The notes: a model not told the origin generated them from the sequence alone. 64,000 nucleotides of DNA from Aquirhabdus sp. (GCA_030149815.1 JASLHI010000018.1:7330-71329), one strand, 5' to 3'. Positions 17,781 to 31,077 are shown, counted from the stretch's first letter. Translations and numbers: made by a program.

Positions 17781-19490
17781 TTAATTAACAGTAGGATGAT
17801 AAGATTTTTCAATCTGATGATTGACATAGCGTTGCTGAACGATGGTCAACAGATTGTTCACAATCCAGTACAACACCAAGCCCGATGGGAACCACAGCAT
17901 AAATACGGTGAACACAATCGGCATCATCTTCATCATTTTCGCTTGCATTGGATCTGCTGGTTGCGGATTCAACGCTTGCTGGAAGAACATGGTTGCACCC
18001 ATGATCAATGGCAATACAAACCAGTGATCCATCGCTGACAAATCAGTAATCCAACCAATCCACGGCGCATTACGCAGTTCTACACTTTCCATAAACACAT
18101 AATACAGCGACATGAAAATTGGCATTTGCAGCAAAATTGGCATACATCCAGACAACGGATTCACGCCTTCTTTTTTATACAATGCCATCATTTCTTGTGA
18201 AAATCTCATGCGATCTTCGCCATGTTCTTCTTTCAAACGCTGCATTTCAGGCGCAATGACTTTCATTTTTGCCATGGAACGATAGCTTTTTGCAGACAAC
18301 GGGAAGAGCACAATTTTAACTAGCAAAGTCAATAAGATAATCGACCAGCCCCAATTTCCAACAAAACCATGAATCGCTTTCAAACCCATGAAAAGCACTT
18401 GAGCAATCGGCCATAACCAACCGTAGTCTACAGTCTGATCTAAACCAGTCGCCAGAGGTTTTAAATTCGCTTGAACTTTTGGACCAGCATACAGCGTCGC
18501 TGAAACGGTTTGTTCAGTACCTGGCGCAACCGTCACCACAGGCGATGTGAAACCAATAAAATTATCAGTGCCACTCACGCGTGTCGTCAGCGTTGCATCT
18601 GAATTCGCATCAGGAACCCATGCTGTGACAAAATAATGCTGCAATACAGCGACCCAACCACCTTTCACCGTTTTACTGAGTGCATCTGATTGGAATTTCT
18701 CAAATTTAAGCTTATTGTAATGGTCTTCTGGTGTTCCCCAAGCTCCGCCGATATAGGTCGACATGCCCATCAAACCTTGGCTTGTTTTGCTTGGATCGGG
18801 TGAGTTATCACGTTTGACTTGACCAAACATCTGACCATGCCAAGCCGCTGTACCACGGTTAATAATCTTATAGCTCACGACAACAGGATATTCTCCTGCA
18901 GTGATATGGAAATTTTTAATAATCTGAACGCCATTCGGTGCATCAAATGTCAGAGGGACATCTAAGCTTTTTTGACCAGCCGCCAAAGTGTAATTCGCTT
19001 GTGCAGTCTTATACACTGGACGACCTGTTGCTGCAGCATCTGGACCGTCTGCACCAATCAAACCCGATTGTGCTGTATATACACGACCAGCGTCTTGTTC
19101 AAGCAATACAAAAGGTTGTTTAGTATCGGCTGAATGTAAATGATTCAACAACTCTGCACGAACCACATCACCGCCTTTCGGATCAATCGACAAACGATAA
19201 ACATCAGTTTGTAAAGTAATTAAACCTTGAGGAACTGGAGCACTTACCGTTGCTGGCGCTATTTTGGCCACCGCCGCCACAGGTGGAACATCGCTATTTG
19301 TAGGCACAGACGCTGCAACTGCGGCAGTTGAAGGAATATCAGCGGCTACAGGCTGAGCACTTTGTACAGCTGACGTTGCAGCGGCTTGATCAGCAGCAAC
19401 ATGCCCATAATCTTTTTGCCATGCCAAAATCAGCAAATAAGCAGTGATAAACATTCCAATCAGGATGAAGGGTTTTGCCCACTTCTGCAT
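17781..19490 (-). CDS. yidC: Membrane protein insertase YidC
   Basis: VDYGWLW, GNWGWSII, NPLSGCMPILLQMPIF, PSGLVLYW. Confidence 0.97.
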   Translation of the reverse strand: MQKWAKPFILIGMFITAYLLILAWQKDYGHVAADQAAATSAVQSAQPVAADIPSTAAVAASVPTNSDVPPVAAVAKIAPATVSAPVPQGLITLQTDVYRLSIDPKGGDVVRAELLNHLHSADTKQPFVLLEQDAGRVYTAQSGLIGADGPDAAATGRPVYKTAQANYTLAAGQKSLDVPLTFDAPNGVQIIKNFHITAGEYPVVVSYKIINRGTAAWHGQMFGQVKRDNSPDPSKTSQGLMGMSTYIGGAWGTPEDHYNKLKFEKFQSDALSKTVKGGWVAVLQHYFVTAWVPDANSDATLTTRVSGTDNFIGFTSPVVTVAPGTEQTVSATLYAGPKVQANLKPLATGLDQTVDYGWLWPIAQVLFMGLKAIHGFVGNWGWSIILLTLLVKIVLFPLSAKSYRSMAKMKVIAPEMQRLKEEHGEDRMRFSQEMMALYKKEGVNPLSGCMPILLQMPIFMSLYYVFMESVELRNAPWIGWITDLSAMDHWFVLPLIMGATMFFQQALNPQPADPMQAKMMKMMPIVFTVFMLWFPSGLVLYWIVNNLLTIVQQRYVNHQIEKSYHPTVN

Positions 19491-19540
19491 GATATTCCCC
19501 AACAGAATTAACTTGAATGAAGGTAGTGCCTACAAAAAAT

Positions 19541-19960
19541 TCACAAGCGAAGTGAATGATGATGCGGCGGGTTAGTGTAAGGCGTAAATTTGCGAATTTG
19601 ATGACCATTTACAATGGATTCGACATCCTGCTTGTAAAAACGATGGTGATCAACTCTACAATCACAAATTTGCTGTGTTGTAAAAAACTTCACAAAAAAC
19701 TCTTTAAAAATAGAATTTTTTTTTAAATCAGTGGAATCTGAATGAGATCTAGGTGGAACTGGATCATAGCCAGATCCTCCCCAAGGGTTACAGCGTCCAA
19801 TTCGTTTAATAATCAACCATAACGCAAACCAAAGCGAATGTTGTTCGAGTGCTTCTAAGGCATAAACAGAACAAGACGGAAAAAAACGACAACGCGGCCC
19901 AAGCATGGGACTAATAAACCATCGATAACATTGAATTAACCAGCGAAATGCGGCTTTCAT
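19541..19960 (-). CDS. yidD: Membrane protein insertion efficiency factor YidD
   Basis: [35 protein letters not shown]; lies between rnpA and yidC. Confidence 0.93.
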   Translation of the reverse strand: MKAAFRWLIQCYRWFISPMLGPRCRFFPSCSVYALEALEQHSLWFALWLIIKRIGRCNPWGGSGYDPVPPRSHSDSTDLKKNSIFKEFFVKFFTTQQICDCRVDHHRFYKQDVESIVNGHQIRKFTPYTNPPHHHSLRL

Positions 19961-20505
19961 TCTAAATGATTCACAGATAAGGTTTGTGTGTTATTTGAGG
20001 CAGTATTGGTTAAATCAATAGCGGCTGGCGTATTTTTTTTAGACTGTAATGGGTTGTTTTGCGTTCGATTTTTGGATTGCAATGAAGAAGGGCTAATGGT
20101 CTGATTTTTCTGAAACCGTTTGGTCAATTGCCGCCATGCAGTGACGAGTTCCTGATGTAACACTTCGTTTGGTAAATACTGAGCATCGGCTTTTGCCATC
20201 AGCACAATATCAAGTGCTGGCAATTCAGCCTGATGCAAACGAAAACTTTCACGAGCAAGCCGCTTTACACGATTGCGTTCATGTGCACGGCGAATTTTCT
20301 TCTTCGCAATCACTAAACCAATACGAGCATGACTTAAACTTTGATGAGTCGATGGAACTGCAAGCAGCATAAAGCCTGACTGATGAACTTTATAAAGTGC
20401 ACCGTCAAAGACCGATTTAAAATCAGAAGCCTGTAATAGACGTAATTCTGCTGAAAAACCGAAAGATAACATGCGATCAATTCCCATACGGTTTTGACCT
20501 TGCAT
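19957..20505 (-). CDS. rnpA: Ribonuclease P protein component (exact start uncertain)
   Basis: RLL...[30 protein letters not shown] (RNR motif); synteny. Confidence 0.93.
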   Translation of the reverse strand: MQGQNRMGIDRMLSFGFSAELRLLQASDFKSVFDGALYKVHQSGFMLLAVPSTHQSLSHARIGLVIAKKKIRRAHERNRVKRLARESFRLHQAELPALDIVLMAKADAQYLPNEVLHQELVTAWRQLTKRFQKNQTISPSSLQSKNRTQNNPLQSKKNTPAAIDLTNTASNNTQTLSVNHLE

Positions 20506-20599
20506 GTTTTAGGATTGACACTGACAAGGCTATACTGATTGACAGGTTCATATTTTAAAATATGTTTTATGATTCATCTTAAGTAATTAAGATTAAATC

Positions 20600-20635
20600 A
20601 AAAAATTAAGTTCACTACTAATGTAGTGAACTTAA
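20600..20635 (-). terminator. Hairpin/terminator after rpmH
   Basis: TTAAGTTCACTAC-taat-GTAGTGAACTTAA, followed on the minus strand by T6. Confidence 0.65.
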
Positions 20636-20637
20636 CA

Positions 20638-20826
<189 letters not shown>

Positions 20827-20865
20827 CTATACTGTCAATCTTTATATACGACAAAACGACAACCA

Positions 20866-21158
20866 TTATTCACAAGCTAAATCATTGTTCAGAATTACTT
20901 TTTAAAATTTACACACAAATTTCAAAAAACTTATCCACAGCTTGAGATCGAATTTTGCTGTTGATTTTTTATTTTTTATTTTGGAAGTATTATTATTAAG
21001 ATGCATTTTTTCTGGGTATAACCAAAAAAAAATAAATTAAATCATAAAAATATCTTGTTGACTAACCTGTGTATTAATTGGGTGTTATTTGTGGATAACT
21101 CGATGTACTAAATTACCCACAGTCTTTTCCACAAAGTTTTCCACAGAACTTATCCACA
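20866..21158. other. oriC: Chromosomal replication origin oriC
   Basis: DnaA boxes at 20866 TTATTCACA, 20931 TTATCCACA, 21090 TGTGGATAA, 21113 TTACCCACA, 21125 and 21137 TTTTCCACA, 21150 TTATCCACA, weaker ones at 21013 and 21068; AT-rich spacer; located between rpmH and dnaA; plus strand appears to switch from A/C-rich to G/T-rich here. Confidence 0.9.
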
Positions 21159-21528
21159 GATTTTGTGCTACATTAGGCTTCTTGCAACGATTTTAATTAA
21201 TTTGAGTGAGAAAATACTTTTTTTAAACGTACAAAGGCGATGAAAATCGATGACAGGGTGTGCGTGATTAGCTAGAATGTTTTTCGGTCTCAAGATCAGT
21301 CTCAAGATTTGATCTACCGCAAAGTTTGCTGCGGCTTACTAAAGTGTTTTTAGTCACCGCTTCATAAAGACGACATATTGAGTCTGATTAATTGTCTTTA
21401 TGCTTCAAGTGTGGTTCTACACATGATTTTTGTTTATTCAGAATTGAATAATAGTCATATTTTTAATATTTGATTATTGTTTTTCTATTTGTTTTTAAAG
21501 ACGTTATATTCGATATTTGGGGAAATTA

Positions 21529-22920
21529 ATGGCTTGGACGGCTTGTCTTGAAGCGCTACGCGATGAGATACCACCCAATTTGTATACATTATGGATTCGT
21601 CCATTAGATGCGGAACAAAATGGTTCTGTATTATTTTTATATGCGCCTAATTCCTATTTTGTAAAACATATTACTGAAGAATATTTTGATCGAATTCGTG
21701 AACTTGCTTATGAATATAGCAAGGGTGAAATTACCGATGTTCAAGTGAAATATGACCCAAGACGAGATTCAATTGGGTTTAATAAAAATAAACTGAATAG
21801 TGTTCAAGATAATGTTCTAGACATTCCAAGTGAGTTATCTGTTAATCATGTAGATTCATATAATCAATCTTCATTTAATGTGCAGCCAGAACAGGTTCGT
21901 CGTACTTTAAATAAAGGTTATGTATTTAGCGAGTTTGTTGAAGGTCCAACTAATAAAATGGCCTTTGAAACTTGTAAAACTGTCGTAGATCAATTAGGTG
22001 ATTCAAAACATAATCCATTATTTTTGTACGGTGCAACGGGTTTAGGTAAAACTCACTTAATGCAAGCAGTAGGTCATGCTGTATTAGATAAAAATCCTAG
22101 TGCACGTGTGATGTATATGACTTCTGAGCAGTTTGTTTCTGGTTTCGTCACTGCATTGCAGCAACAACGTATTGATAAATTTAAAAAAGATTGTAGAACG
22201 TTAGATTTATTGCTGGTTGATGATATTCAATTTTTGGCGGGTAAAGCCGCGAGTTTAGAAGAGTTTTTTAATACCTTTAATGAGTTATTAACTGAGTCTA
22301 AACAGATTATTTTAACCTCTGATCGATATCCAAAAGAAATTACCGAAATGGATGCGCGATTAGTTTCTCGTTTTTCTTGGGGATTATCAATTGCTGTTGA
22401 ACCTCCTGAATTAGAAAATCGTGTTGATATTTTATTGCGTAAAGCAAAAGTCAGTGATTATGAGTTACCACGTAATTGTGCATTATTTATTGCCCAACAA
22501 GTTCAAGCGAATGTGCGAGAATTAGAAGGTGCTTTAAATAAAGTAATCGCAACGGCACGATTTAAAGGTGTTGAAATTAGTGTTGAAATTATTAAAGAAG
22601 CATTAAAAGATCAAATATCAATTCGTGCTAGACAGATAAGTGTTGATAATATTCAAAAGGTTGTTGTTGAGTATTTTAGAATACCGTTACGTGAATTAGT
22701 CGGTTCAAAACGCACTCGTGTTTATGTGCGCCCTCGTCAAATGGCGATGGGATTATCTCGCGAATTAACAGGTGATAGTTTCCCTGATATTGGTCAGGCA
22801 TTTGGTGGCCGCGACCATACAACGGTGATGCATGCTTGTGAGAAAGTACAAGAATTGTGTCAGACAGATCCTGCATTTGCGGCTGACTACAAAAATTTGT
22901 TAAGGATGTTGCAAGGGTAG
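21529..22920 (+). CDS. dnaA: Chromosomal replication initiator DnaA
   Basis: NPLFLYGATGLGKTHL, LLVDDIQF, NVRELEGAL, RPRQMAM, GGRDHTTV. Confidence 0.99.
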   Translation: MAWTACLEALRDEIPPNLYTLWIRPLDAEQNGSVLFLYAPNSYFVKHITEEYFDRIRELAYEYSKGEITDVQVKYDPRRDSIGFNKNKLNSVQDNVLDIPSELSVNHVDSYNQSSFNVQPEQVRRTLNKGYVFSEFVEGPTNKMAFETCKTVVDQLGDSKHNPLFLYGATGLGKTHLMQAVGHAVLDKNPSARVMYMTSEQFVSGFVTALQQQRIDKFKKDCRTLDLLLVDDIQFLAGKAASLEEFFNTFNELLTESKQIILTSDRYPKEITEMDARLVSRFSWGLSIAVEPPELENRVDILLRKAKVSDYELPRNCALFIAQQVQANVRELEGALNKVIATARFKGVEISVEIIKEALKDQISIRARQISVDNIQKVVVEYFRIPLRELVGSKRTRVYVRPRQMAMGLSRELTGDSFPDIGQAFGGRDHTTVMHACEKVQELCQTDPAFAADYKNLLRMLQG

Positions 22921-23073
22921 TACTTAAAGCACTTTGTTTGTGTAGAATCCTTTGAATACCGAATTTTTTACTGAGTGGTATTTATTGCTGAGCTTTAATG
23001 AGCATGCAATAAAAAATATATTCACTCATCAGTTGAGATGCCCATTTTTTAGATATCAGAGTATGACTGGATT

Positions 23074-24243
23074 ATGAAACTTAAAATTACTAAGGATTTG
23101 TTTTTACGCGCATTATCTCAGGTATCTAGTGCGGTTGAACGCCGTCATACCTTGCCTATTTTGTCTAATTTAAAGCTTGAAGTCACGTCAGCGCACTTGA
23201 CGTTGACCGCTTCTGATTTAGAAGTCGAGTTGGTTGCTGTTGTGCCTTTGCCAGATGGTGCTTGTCTAGAAGCAGGTGCAACGACATTATCTGCACGGAA
23301 ACTGATGGATATTTGTAAATCCTTACCGAATGCAGCGTTGATTGATTTGCAATCTGCTGATGATCGTCGCTGTCAGCTGAAATCAGGCAATAGTCGTTTT
23401 ATGTTAGGTAGTTTGCCTGCTGAAGATTTTCCATTATTGAGTGGCGGATCAAGTGACTCGTTAAATTCAGGAACACGTTTACAAGTTGATCAACGTGCAT
23501 TGAAACGCTTGTTGGATAAAACTGCATTTGCGATGGCTGTGCAAGATGTTCGTTTTTATTTAACAGGCATGCTGTTTGAGGCTTCTGAATCACAATTACG
23601 CACTGTGACGACTGATGGTCATCGCTTGGCGATGTTTGAAACGCCTGCTGTACTTGAAGGCAGCCAAAGTGTACAAGCCATTGTTCCACGTAAGGGTGTT
23701 CTAGAATTACAAAGATTATTGGGTGCAGAAGAAAGTCAGCTTTCTATTTTTGTTGGACGTGAATTTTTAAGCGTGACGTTAACTCAACAAAACAAACCAC
23801 AAGATGGACAACAAGCTGTCGATATTGAGATTCGTTTTACGACGAAACTCATTGACGGTAAGTTCCCTGATTATCGTCGTGTCATTCCAAAAAATGGCGA
23901 TAAAGTCATGCAAGTTGCATTAGATGAATTTAAGCAAACATTGCAACGTGTGGCGATTTTGAGTAATGAAAAATTGCGCGGCGTATTCTTGCAGCTTAAT
24001 GATCACAATATGCAAATGCGCGCTAATAATGCGGAGCAAGATGAGGCGGTCGAAGATTTACTGATTAGCTATCAAGGTGCACCATTAGAAATGTCATTTA
24101 ATGCACAGTATTTACTGGATATTATTAATGTGTTCGAAGGATCTACATTACAAATGACATTAAGTGATGCAAATGCTTCAGCACTGGTGCAAGATCCAAC
24201 TGAGAATGGCGCAGTGTATGTCGTAATGCCAATGCGCGTTTAA
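23074..24243 (+). CDS. dnaN: DNA polymerase III beta clamp
   Basis: RHTLPILSN, QDVRFYLTG, TDGHRL, IDGKFPDYRRVIP, VVMPMRV. Confidence 0.98.
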   Translation: MKLKITKDLFLRALSQVSSAVERRHTLPILSNLKLEVTSAHLTLTASDLEVELVAVVPLPDGACLEAGATTLSARKLMDICKSLPNAALIDLQSADDRRCQLKSGNSRFMLGSLPAEDFPLLSGGSSDSLNSGTRLQVDQRALKRLLDKTAFAMAVQDVRFYLTGMLFEASESQLRTVTTDGHRLAMFETPAVLEGSQSVQAIVPRKGVLELQRLLGAEESQLSIFVGREFLSVTLTQQNKPQDGQQAVDIEIRFTTKLIDGKFPDYRRVIPKNGDKVMQVALDEFKQTLQRVAILSNEKLRGVFLQLNDHNMQMRANNAEQDEAVEDLLISYQGAPLEMSFNAQYLLDIINVFEGSTLQMTLSDANASALVQDPTENGAVYVVMPMRV

Positions 24244-24294
24244 ATAACTTTTATTTAAGTGACTTTTCGTTGTAATTTTTGAGTTGAAACCCTT

Positions 24295-25368
24295 ATGCAT
24301 CTAGATCGTGTAAGGATTGAACGTTTAAGAAATATAAAAAATATTGAGATGTCATCCCTCGCACCATTGAATATCATTCATGGTGCGAATGGGAGTGGAA
24401 AATCTTCAATCATTGAAGCGATCCATTTATTAGCAACGGGTCGTTCTTTTCGCACAGTGAATCCAAAGCACTATATTCAGTATCATAGTGTTGATGCGTT
24501 GGTCTATGCAGAATCTAAAAAAAATCGGCTTGGACTTCATAAACTATCTGATAATCAATCAACCGTACGACTTGATGGTGAAACGGTAAGCCAAAGCGAA
24601 ATTGCACGAATTTTACCGGTTCAACTGATTAATCCTGAGAATATGGATTTATTGGAAAGTGGTAGTAAACCACGGAGACAGCTTTTAGATTGGCTTATGT
24701 TCCACGTGGAACATGAATTTCATGGACTTTGGTTACGTTATCAACGCGCACTTAAACAACGTAATGCTTTACTCAAAACAACATCCACTGCAACTGAACT
24801 TTTAGTTTGGGAGCAGGAAATGGCTGTGACAGGAGAACGAATTCATCAAATCAGAATACGTGTCTTGGATGAGTGGAATCAAATTTTTATTAAAATTGTT
24901 AAAGAACTTCTTCCCTCACAATCGATTTCAATTGATTATATTTCAGGTTTTGATACCGAAATAGGTTTACTGGAAGCATTGATGGATTCTCGAGCGCGTG
25001 ACAAGGAACGTGGGCATAGTTTGTATGGCATTCATCGCGCAGATTTGCGTTTTAAGACTGAATATGGGACTGCTGAGCAGACATTATCCCGTGGGCAAAA
25101 AAAGCTTCTCATTCTCGCGTTAAAGCTGTCGCAAATTAAGATGCTTTATGCCAAGGGATGCGCTTCTGTGGTACTATTGGATGATATGACTGCTGAGCTT
25201 GATACAAGCGCACAAGCGCGTTTAATCGCTTTAATGATTGCCTTAGATAGTCAAATTTTTATGACTACGGTGGATTTGGAGGCAGTATTAGTAGCGCTTA
25301 AAAAAGTCGTGTTTGACATGACTTTATTTCATCTAAAAGATGGTGCGGTATTGTCAAATACAGTTTAG
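24295..25368 (+). CDS. recF: DNA replication/repair protein RecF
   Basis: GANGSGKSSIIEAI, RALKQRNALL, LSRGQKK, LLDD. Confidence 0.97.
   Translation: MHLDRVRIERLRNIKNIEMSSLAPLNIIHGANGSGKSSIIEAIHLLATGRSFRTVNPKHYIQYHSVDALVYAESKKNRLGLHKLSDNQSTVRLDGETVSQSEIARILPVQLINPENMDLLESGSKPRRQLLDWLMFHVEHEFHGLWLRYQRALKQRNALLKTTSTATELLVWEQEMAVTGERIHQIRIRVLDEWNQIFIKIVKELLPSQSISIDYISGFDTEIGLLEALMDSRARDKERGHSLYGIHRADLRFKTEYGTAEQTLSRGQKKLLILALKLSQIKMLYAKGCASVVLLDDMTAELDTSAQARLIALMIALDSQIFMTTVDLEAVLVALKKVVFDMTLFHLKDGAVLSNTV
24698..24713. other. parS: parS site 1 (inside recF)
   Basis: Perfect palindrome TGTTCCACGTGGAACA matching the canonical chromosomal parS. Confidence 0.88.
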
Positions 25369-25517
25369 GGAATACTTAAACCAAATATGGATAGTGAATG
25401 TTTTATTCTCCGATCTGCGCAGTACTATCAAAGAGTAATTCGATTTTAAAAGTTAAATGACTTGTTATTTTATAAAAATAGATTAGCCGATAAAGTGTCT
25501 TGGCAAGCTATTTTTGA

Positions 25518-28019
<2,502 letters not shown>

Positions 28020-28044
28020 CAAAAGATAGTTATATATTGAGAAT

Positions 28045-28074
28045 AAAAATCGATGCCAATGGTGTCGATTTTTT
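28045..28074 (+). terminator. Terminator after gyrB
   Basis: AAAAATCGATGCCA-a-TGGTGTCGATTTTTT. Confidence 0.8.
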
Positions 28075-28171
28075 ATGCCAATCTGTTTCTTTTTTCAAAG
28101 ATATTTGATGGCTAAAGTAGTATAAGATAGAGATCATTTTGGTTAGCTAGACTAATGTCAAAGGTTTCATT

Positions 28172-28996
28172 ATGGGTTTACGAGTTCATCATTTAAATTG
28201 TGGAACGATGTGTCCTGCGTGTGCAAGACTTATGAATGGTCAAGGTGGTTGGCTGGAATCTGCAAAACTAGTCTGTCATGTTTTATTGATTGAGACTCAA
28301 AAGGATGGTTTGGTTCTTGTTGATACGGGCGTTGGAAAGTTAGATGTCGAGAATCCTAAACGTTTGGGTCAACCATTTGTTGCCCTGACTCGCCCACGCC
28401 TTGATTTGGCTGAAACGGCAATATCACAGATTCAGCAATTAGGTTTTTCAGTTGATGATGTACGTCATATTGTGGTAACACACTTAGATTTAGATCATGC
28501 AGGTGGCTTACCTGATTTCCCGAATGCACAGGTGCATGTTTTTGAACCTGAATTTAATGCAGCGATGCATCCTGATTTGCGTAGTCGTGCGCGCTATCTT
28601 CCTTCCCAATGGGCGCATAGCCCACGATGGGTTAAGTATAAATCAGGGGTGGGTGAGAGCTGGTTTGGATTAAACAATGCGCAAGCGATAGAAGGTCTTG
28701 CTGATGATATTTTGATGGTGCCTTTAATCGGTCATACGCGTGGGCATTGTGGTGTTGCGGTTCGTGGTGAAGAGGGTTGGATGTTGCATTGTGGAGACGC
28801 TTACTTCTTTCATGGGCAGTTACAACCAGATCCTGAGATGCCTGTGGGAATCCGCTTGTTCGAGCAGATTGTCCAAACAGATCGTAAGAAGCGTATCGAG
28901 AATTTGAATCGACTACGAACATTGAAGCAATCACATGGGCATGAGATCAAAATTTTCTGTGCACATGATCCAGTTGAATTTGATCAATTAGTCTAG
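28172..28996 (+). CDS. MBL-fold metallo-hydrolase
   Basis: LVLVDTG, THLDLDHAGG, GHTRGH, LHCGDA, FCAHD. Confidence 0.9.
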   Translation: MGLRVHHLNCGTMCPACARLMNGQGGWLESAKLVCHVLLIETQKDGLVLVDTGVGKLDVENPKRLGQPFVALTRPRLDLAETAISQIQQLGFSVDDVRHIVVTHLDLDHAGGLPDFPNAQVHVFEPEFNAAMHPDLRSRARYLPSQWAHSPRWVKYKSGVGESWFGLNNAQAIEGLADDILMVPLIGHTRGHCGVAVRGEEGWMLHCGDAYFFHGQLQPDPEMPVGIRLFEQIVQTDRKKRIENLNRLRTLKQSHGHEIKIFCAHDPVEFDQLV

Positions 28997-29017
28997 TTGA
29001 TCGAAGTAATATTAAAG

Positions 29018-29033
29018 TGTTCCACGTGGAACT
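29018..29033. other. parS: parS site 3 (intergenic, 1 terminal mismatch)
   Basis: TGTTCCACGTGGAACT. Confidence 0.8.
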
Positions 29034-29036
29034 TAA

Positions 29037-29072
29037 ATAAAAAAGACGATACACAGGTATCGTCTTTTTTAT
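29037..29072. terminator. Bidirectional terminator
   Basis: ATAAAAAAGACGATAC-acag-GTATCGTCTTTTTTAT between convergent genes. Confidence 0.85.
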
Positions 29073-29094
29073 GGCACAAGAATTTAATCTATGA

Positions 29095-31077
29095 CTATAC
29101 AGATTCTAGTTCATCAAGTTGCATCATCATTTCAAGTAGGCTTTCATCCAGCATAGTAATCTCAGAAAGATGTTTTTGCTGTTGCTCCATGAGTTTGAGA
29201 AGTTCAGCTTTACGAGAGGCTTCATATAAACTCGTATCAGCCATAATTTCTTCAAGCTGCTTGAGACTGCTTTGGTGTTCTCGGATTTTGGTTTCAGCTT
29301 TTTCAATTTTACTGCGCAGTGGTCGTGTTTGCTCACGCTTTGCAGCAGCTTCTTTTCTTACTAACTCTTTATCAACTGGTTTGCTGACATTAGGTTGCTT
29401 TTCGGGAGTTGCGGGAGCCTTCTCAGCAGCCTTAGCTACGGTAGATTCATTCGTTTTATGAGATAGTTTTTCGGGCTTAGGTGTTTTGACAGCCATTTCT
29501 TGTTGACGAGTTTGTTTCAACCATTGCGCATAATCAGTCAGGTCACCATCAAACGTACGACACGTGCCACCATGAACTAAGAGTAAATCATCACAAACAC
29601 TGGCGATCAATTGCCGTTCGTGAGAGACCAGAACAACAGCACCTTTAAAGTCTTGTAGAGCTAAGGTCAGTGCATGGCGCATATCTAAATCGAGATGGTT
29701 AGTTGGTTCGTCTAGAACGAGGACATTTGGTCTTTGCCAAACAATCAGTGCAAGTGCTAGTCTTGCGCGTTCTCCTCCTGAGAAGCTGCCACAGACTGTA
29801 TCCATGCGCTCGCCGCTAAAACCAAAACTTCCTAGATAAGCACGTAACTCTGCATCAGATATTTTTTTACCTGCTAAGCGACCCAGCTGTAGCATTGGAC
29901 TCGCATCTGCATCCAATGCATCCATTTGATGCTGAGCAAAGTAACCAAGATTGAGATGTTCACTGGAGGTTCGTTCACCAGATAGTGGTTCAAGAACGCC
30001 TGCGAGCGTTTTGATCAATGTTGATTTGCCAGCACCATTCATCCCAAGCAGACCAATACGGCTATCAGGTGTGAGCTGTAGTCGAATGTTATTGACGATG
30101 ATCGTGGTGTTATAACCTGCATCCACTTCATCGAGTTGTAGCAACGGCGAGCTCATTTTGCTTGGTTCGCGGAAGCTGAATGTAAAAGGTGTATCGACGT
30201 GTGCGGGGGCGAGTTTTTGCATACGCTCAAGCTGTTTAACACGGCTTTGTGCCTGCTTTGCACGTGTCGCTTGCGCACTGAATCGATCAATATATTTTTG
30301 TAGGTGTGCGCGAGTGGCTTCTTGTTTTTCAAAAGACTGTTGTTGCTGAGCCAAACGTTCAGCGCGTGTTTGTTCAAAAGTAGAATAGTTTCCCGTATAG
30401 AGAGTGACTAAACCTGCTTCGATGTGAATGATGTGATCTGTGATGGCATCCAAAAAGTCGCGATCATGTGAGATCAAAATGAGTGTGCCTGCATAATTCT
30501 TTAGCCATTCTTCTAGCCATAGAATTGCATCCAAATCTAAATGGTTCGTTGGCTCATCGAGGAGTAAGAGATCTGATCGACTCATCAATGTCCGAGCTAG
30601 ATTAAGCCGCATGCGCCAGCCACCCGAAAAACTAGCAACTGATGCAGATTGCTTGACGGTGGTGAAACCTAATCCTGCCATCATTTGAGCTGCGCGAGCT
30701 GTGGCAGTATAACCATCAATTTCACCAAATCGTTCATGCAAAGCACTTAAACGATCTAGATCCATGGTGTCTGATTCATGTTCAAGTTGCTGATTGATGG
30801 TCCACCACTCTTCATCACCAGAAAGCACAAAATCAATTGCGGCAGTTTCTTGGCTTTCAACCTCTTGAGCCATATGTGCTACGGTCCATGTTGCAGGTCG
30901 GGATAGGTTGCCAACATCAGCAGTGATTTCACCCATGAACGCTGCAAACAATGTTGATTTCCCTGCACCATTCACGCCAGTTAGTCCGACTTTCCAGCCT
31001 GGATGAATCTGAAAAGTAGCTTTTTCAAAAAGTAAGCGACCACCACGACGGAGTGAAAAATCTTGAAGCTGAATCAT
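29095..31077 (-). CDS. ABC-F family ATPase (YheS-like)
   Basis: Two ABC domains (GVNGAGKST/FSGGWRMR/DEPTNHLD; GMNGAGKST/FSGGERAR), no TM segments, C-terminal coiled coil. Confidence 0.93.
   Translation of the reverse strand: MIQLQDFSLRRGGRLLFEKATFQIHPGWKVGLTGVNGAGKSTLFAAFMGEITADVGNLSRPATWTVAHMAQEVESQETAAIDFVLSGDEEWWTINQQLEHESDTMDLDRLSALHERFGEIDGYTATARAAQMMAGLGFTTVKQSASVASFSGGWRMRLNLARTLMSRSDLLLLDEPTNHLDLDAILWLEEWLKNYAGTLILISHDRDFLDAITDHIIHIEAGLVTLYTGNYSTFEQTRAERLAQQQQSFEKQEATRAHLQKYIDRFSAQATRAKQAQSRVKQLERMQKLAPAHVDTPFTFSFREPSKMSSPLLQLDEVDAGYNTTIIVNNIRLQLTPDSRIGLLGMNGAGKSTLIKTLAGVLEPLSGERTSSEHLNLGYFAQHQMDALDADASPMLQLGRLAGKKISDAELRAYLGSFGFSGERMDTVCGSFSGGERARLALALIVWQRPNVLVLDEPTNHLDLDMRHALTLALQDFKGAVVLVSHERQLIASVCDDLLLVHGGTCRTFDGDLTDYAQWLKQTRQQEMAVKTPKPEKLSHKTNESTVAKAAEKAPATPEKQPNVSKPVDKELVRKEAAAKREQTRPLRSKIEKAETKIREHQSSLKQLEEIMADTSLYEASRKAELLKLMEQQQKHLSEITMLDESLLEMMMQLDELESV

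Noticed and set aside
29047..29062. CGATACAC...GTATCG next to parS3 as another site for the HTH protein
   Set aside because: Fully explained as the stem of a bidirectional terminator; single occurrence
28997..29461. 154-aa plus-strand ORF
   Set aside because: Antisense shadow of the ABC-F coiled coil that runs through parS and a terminator
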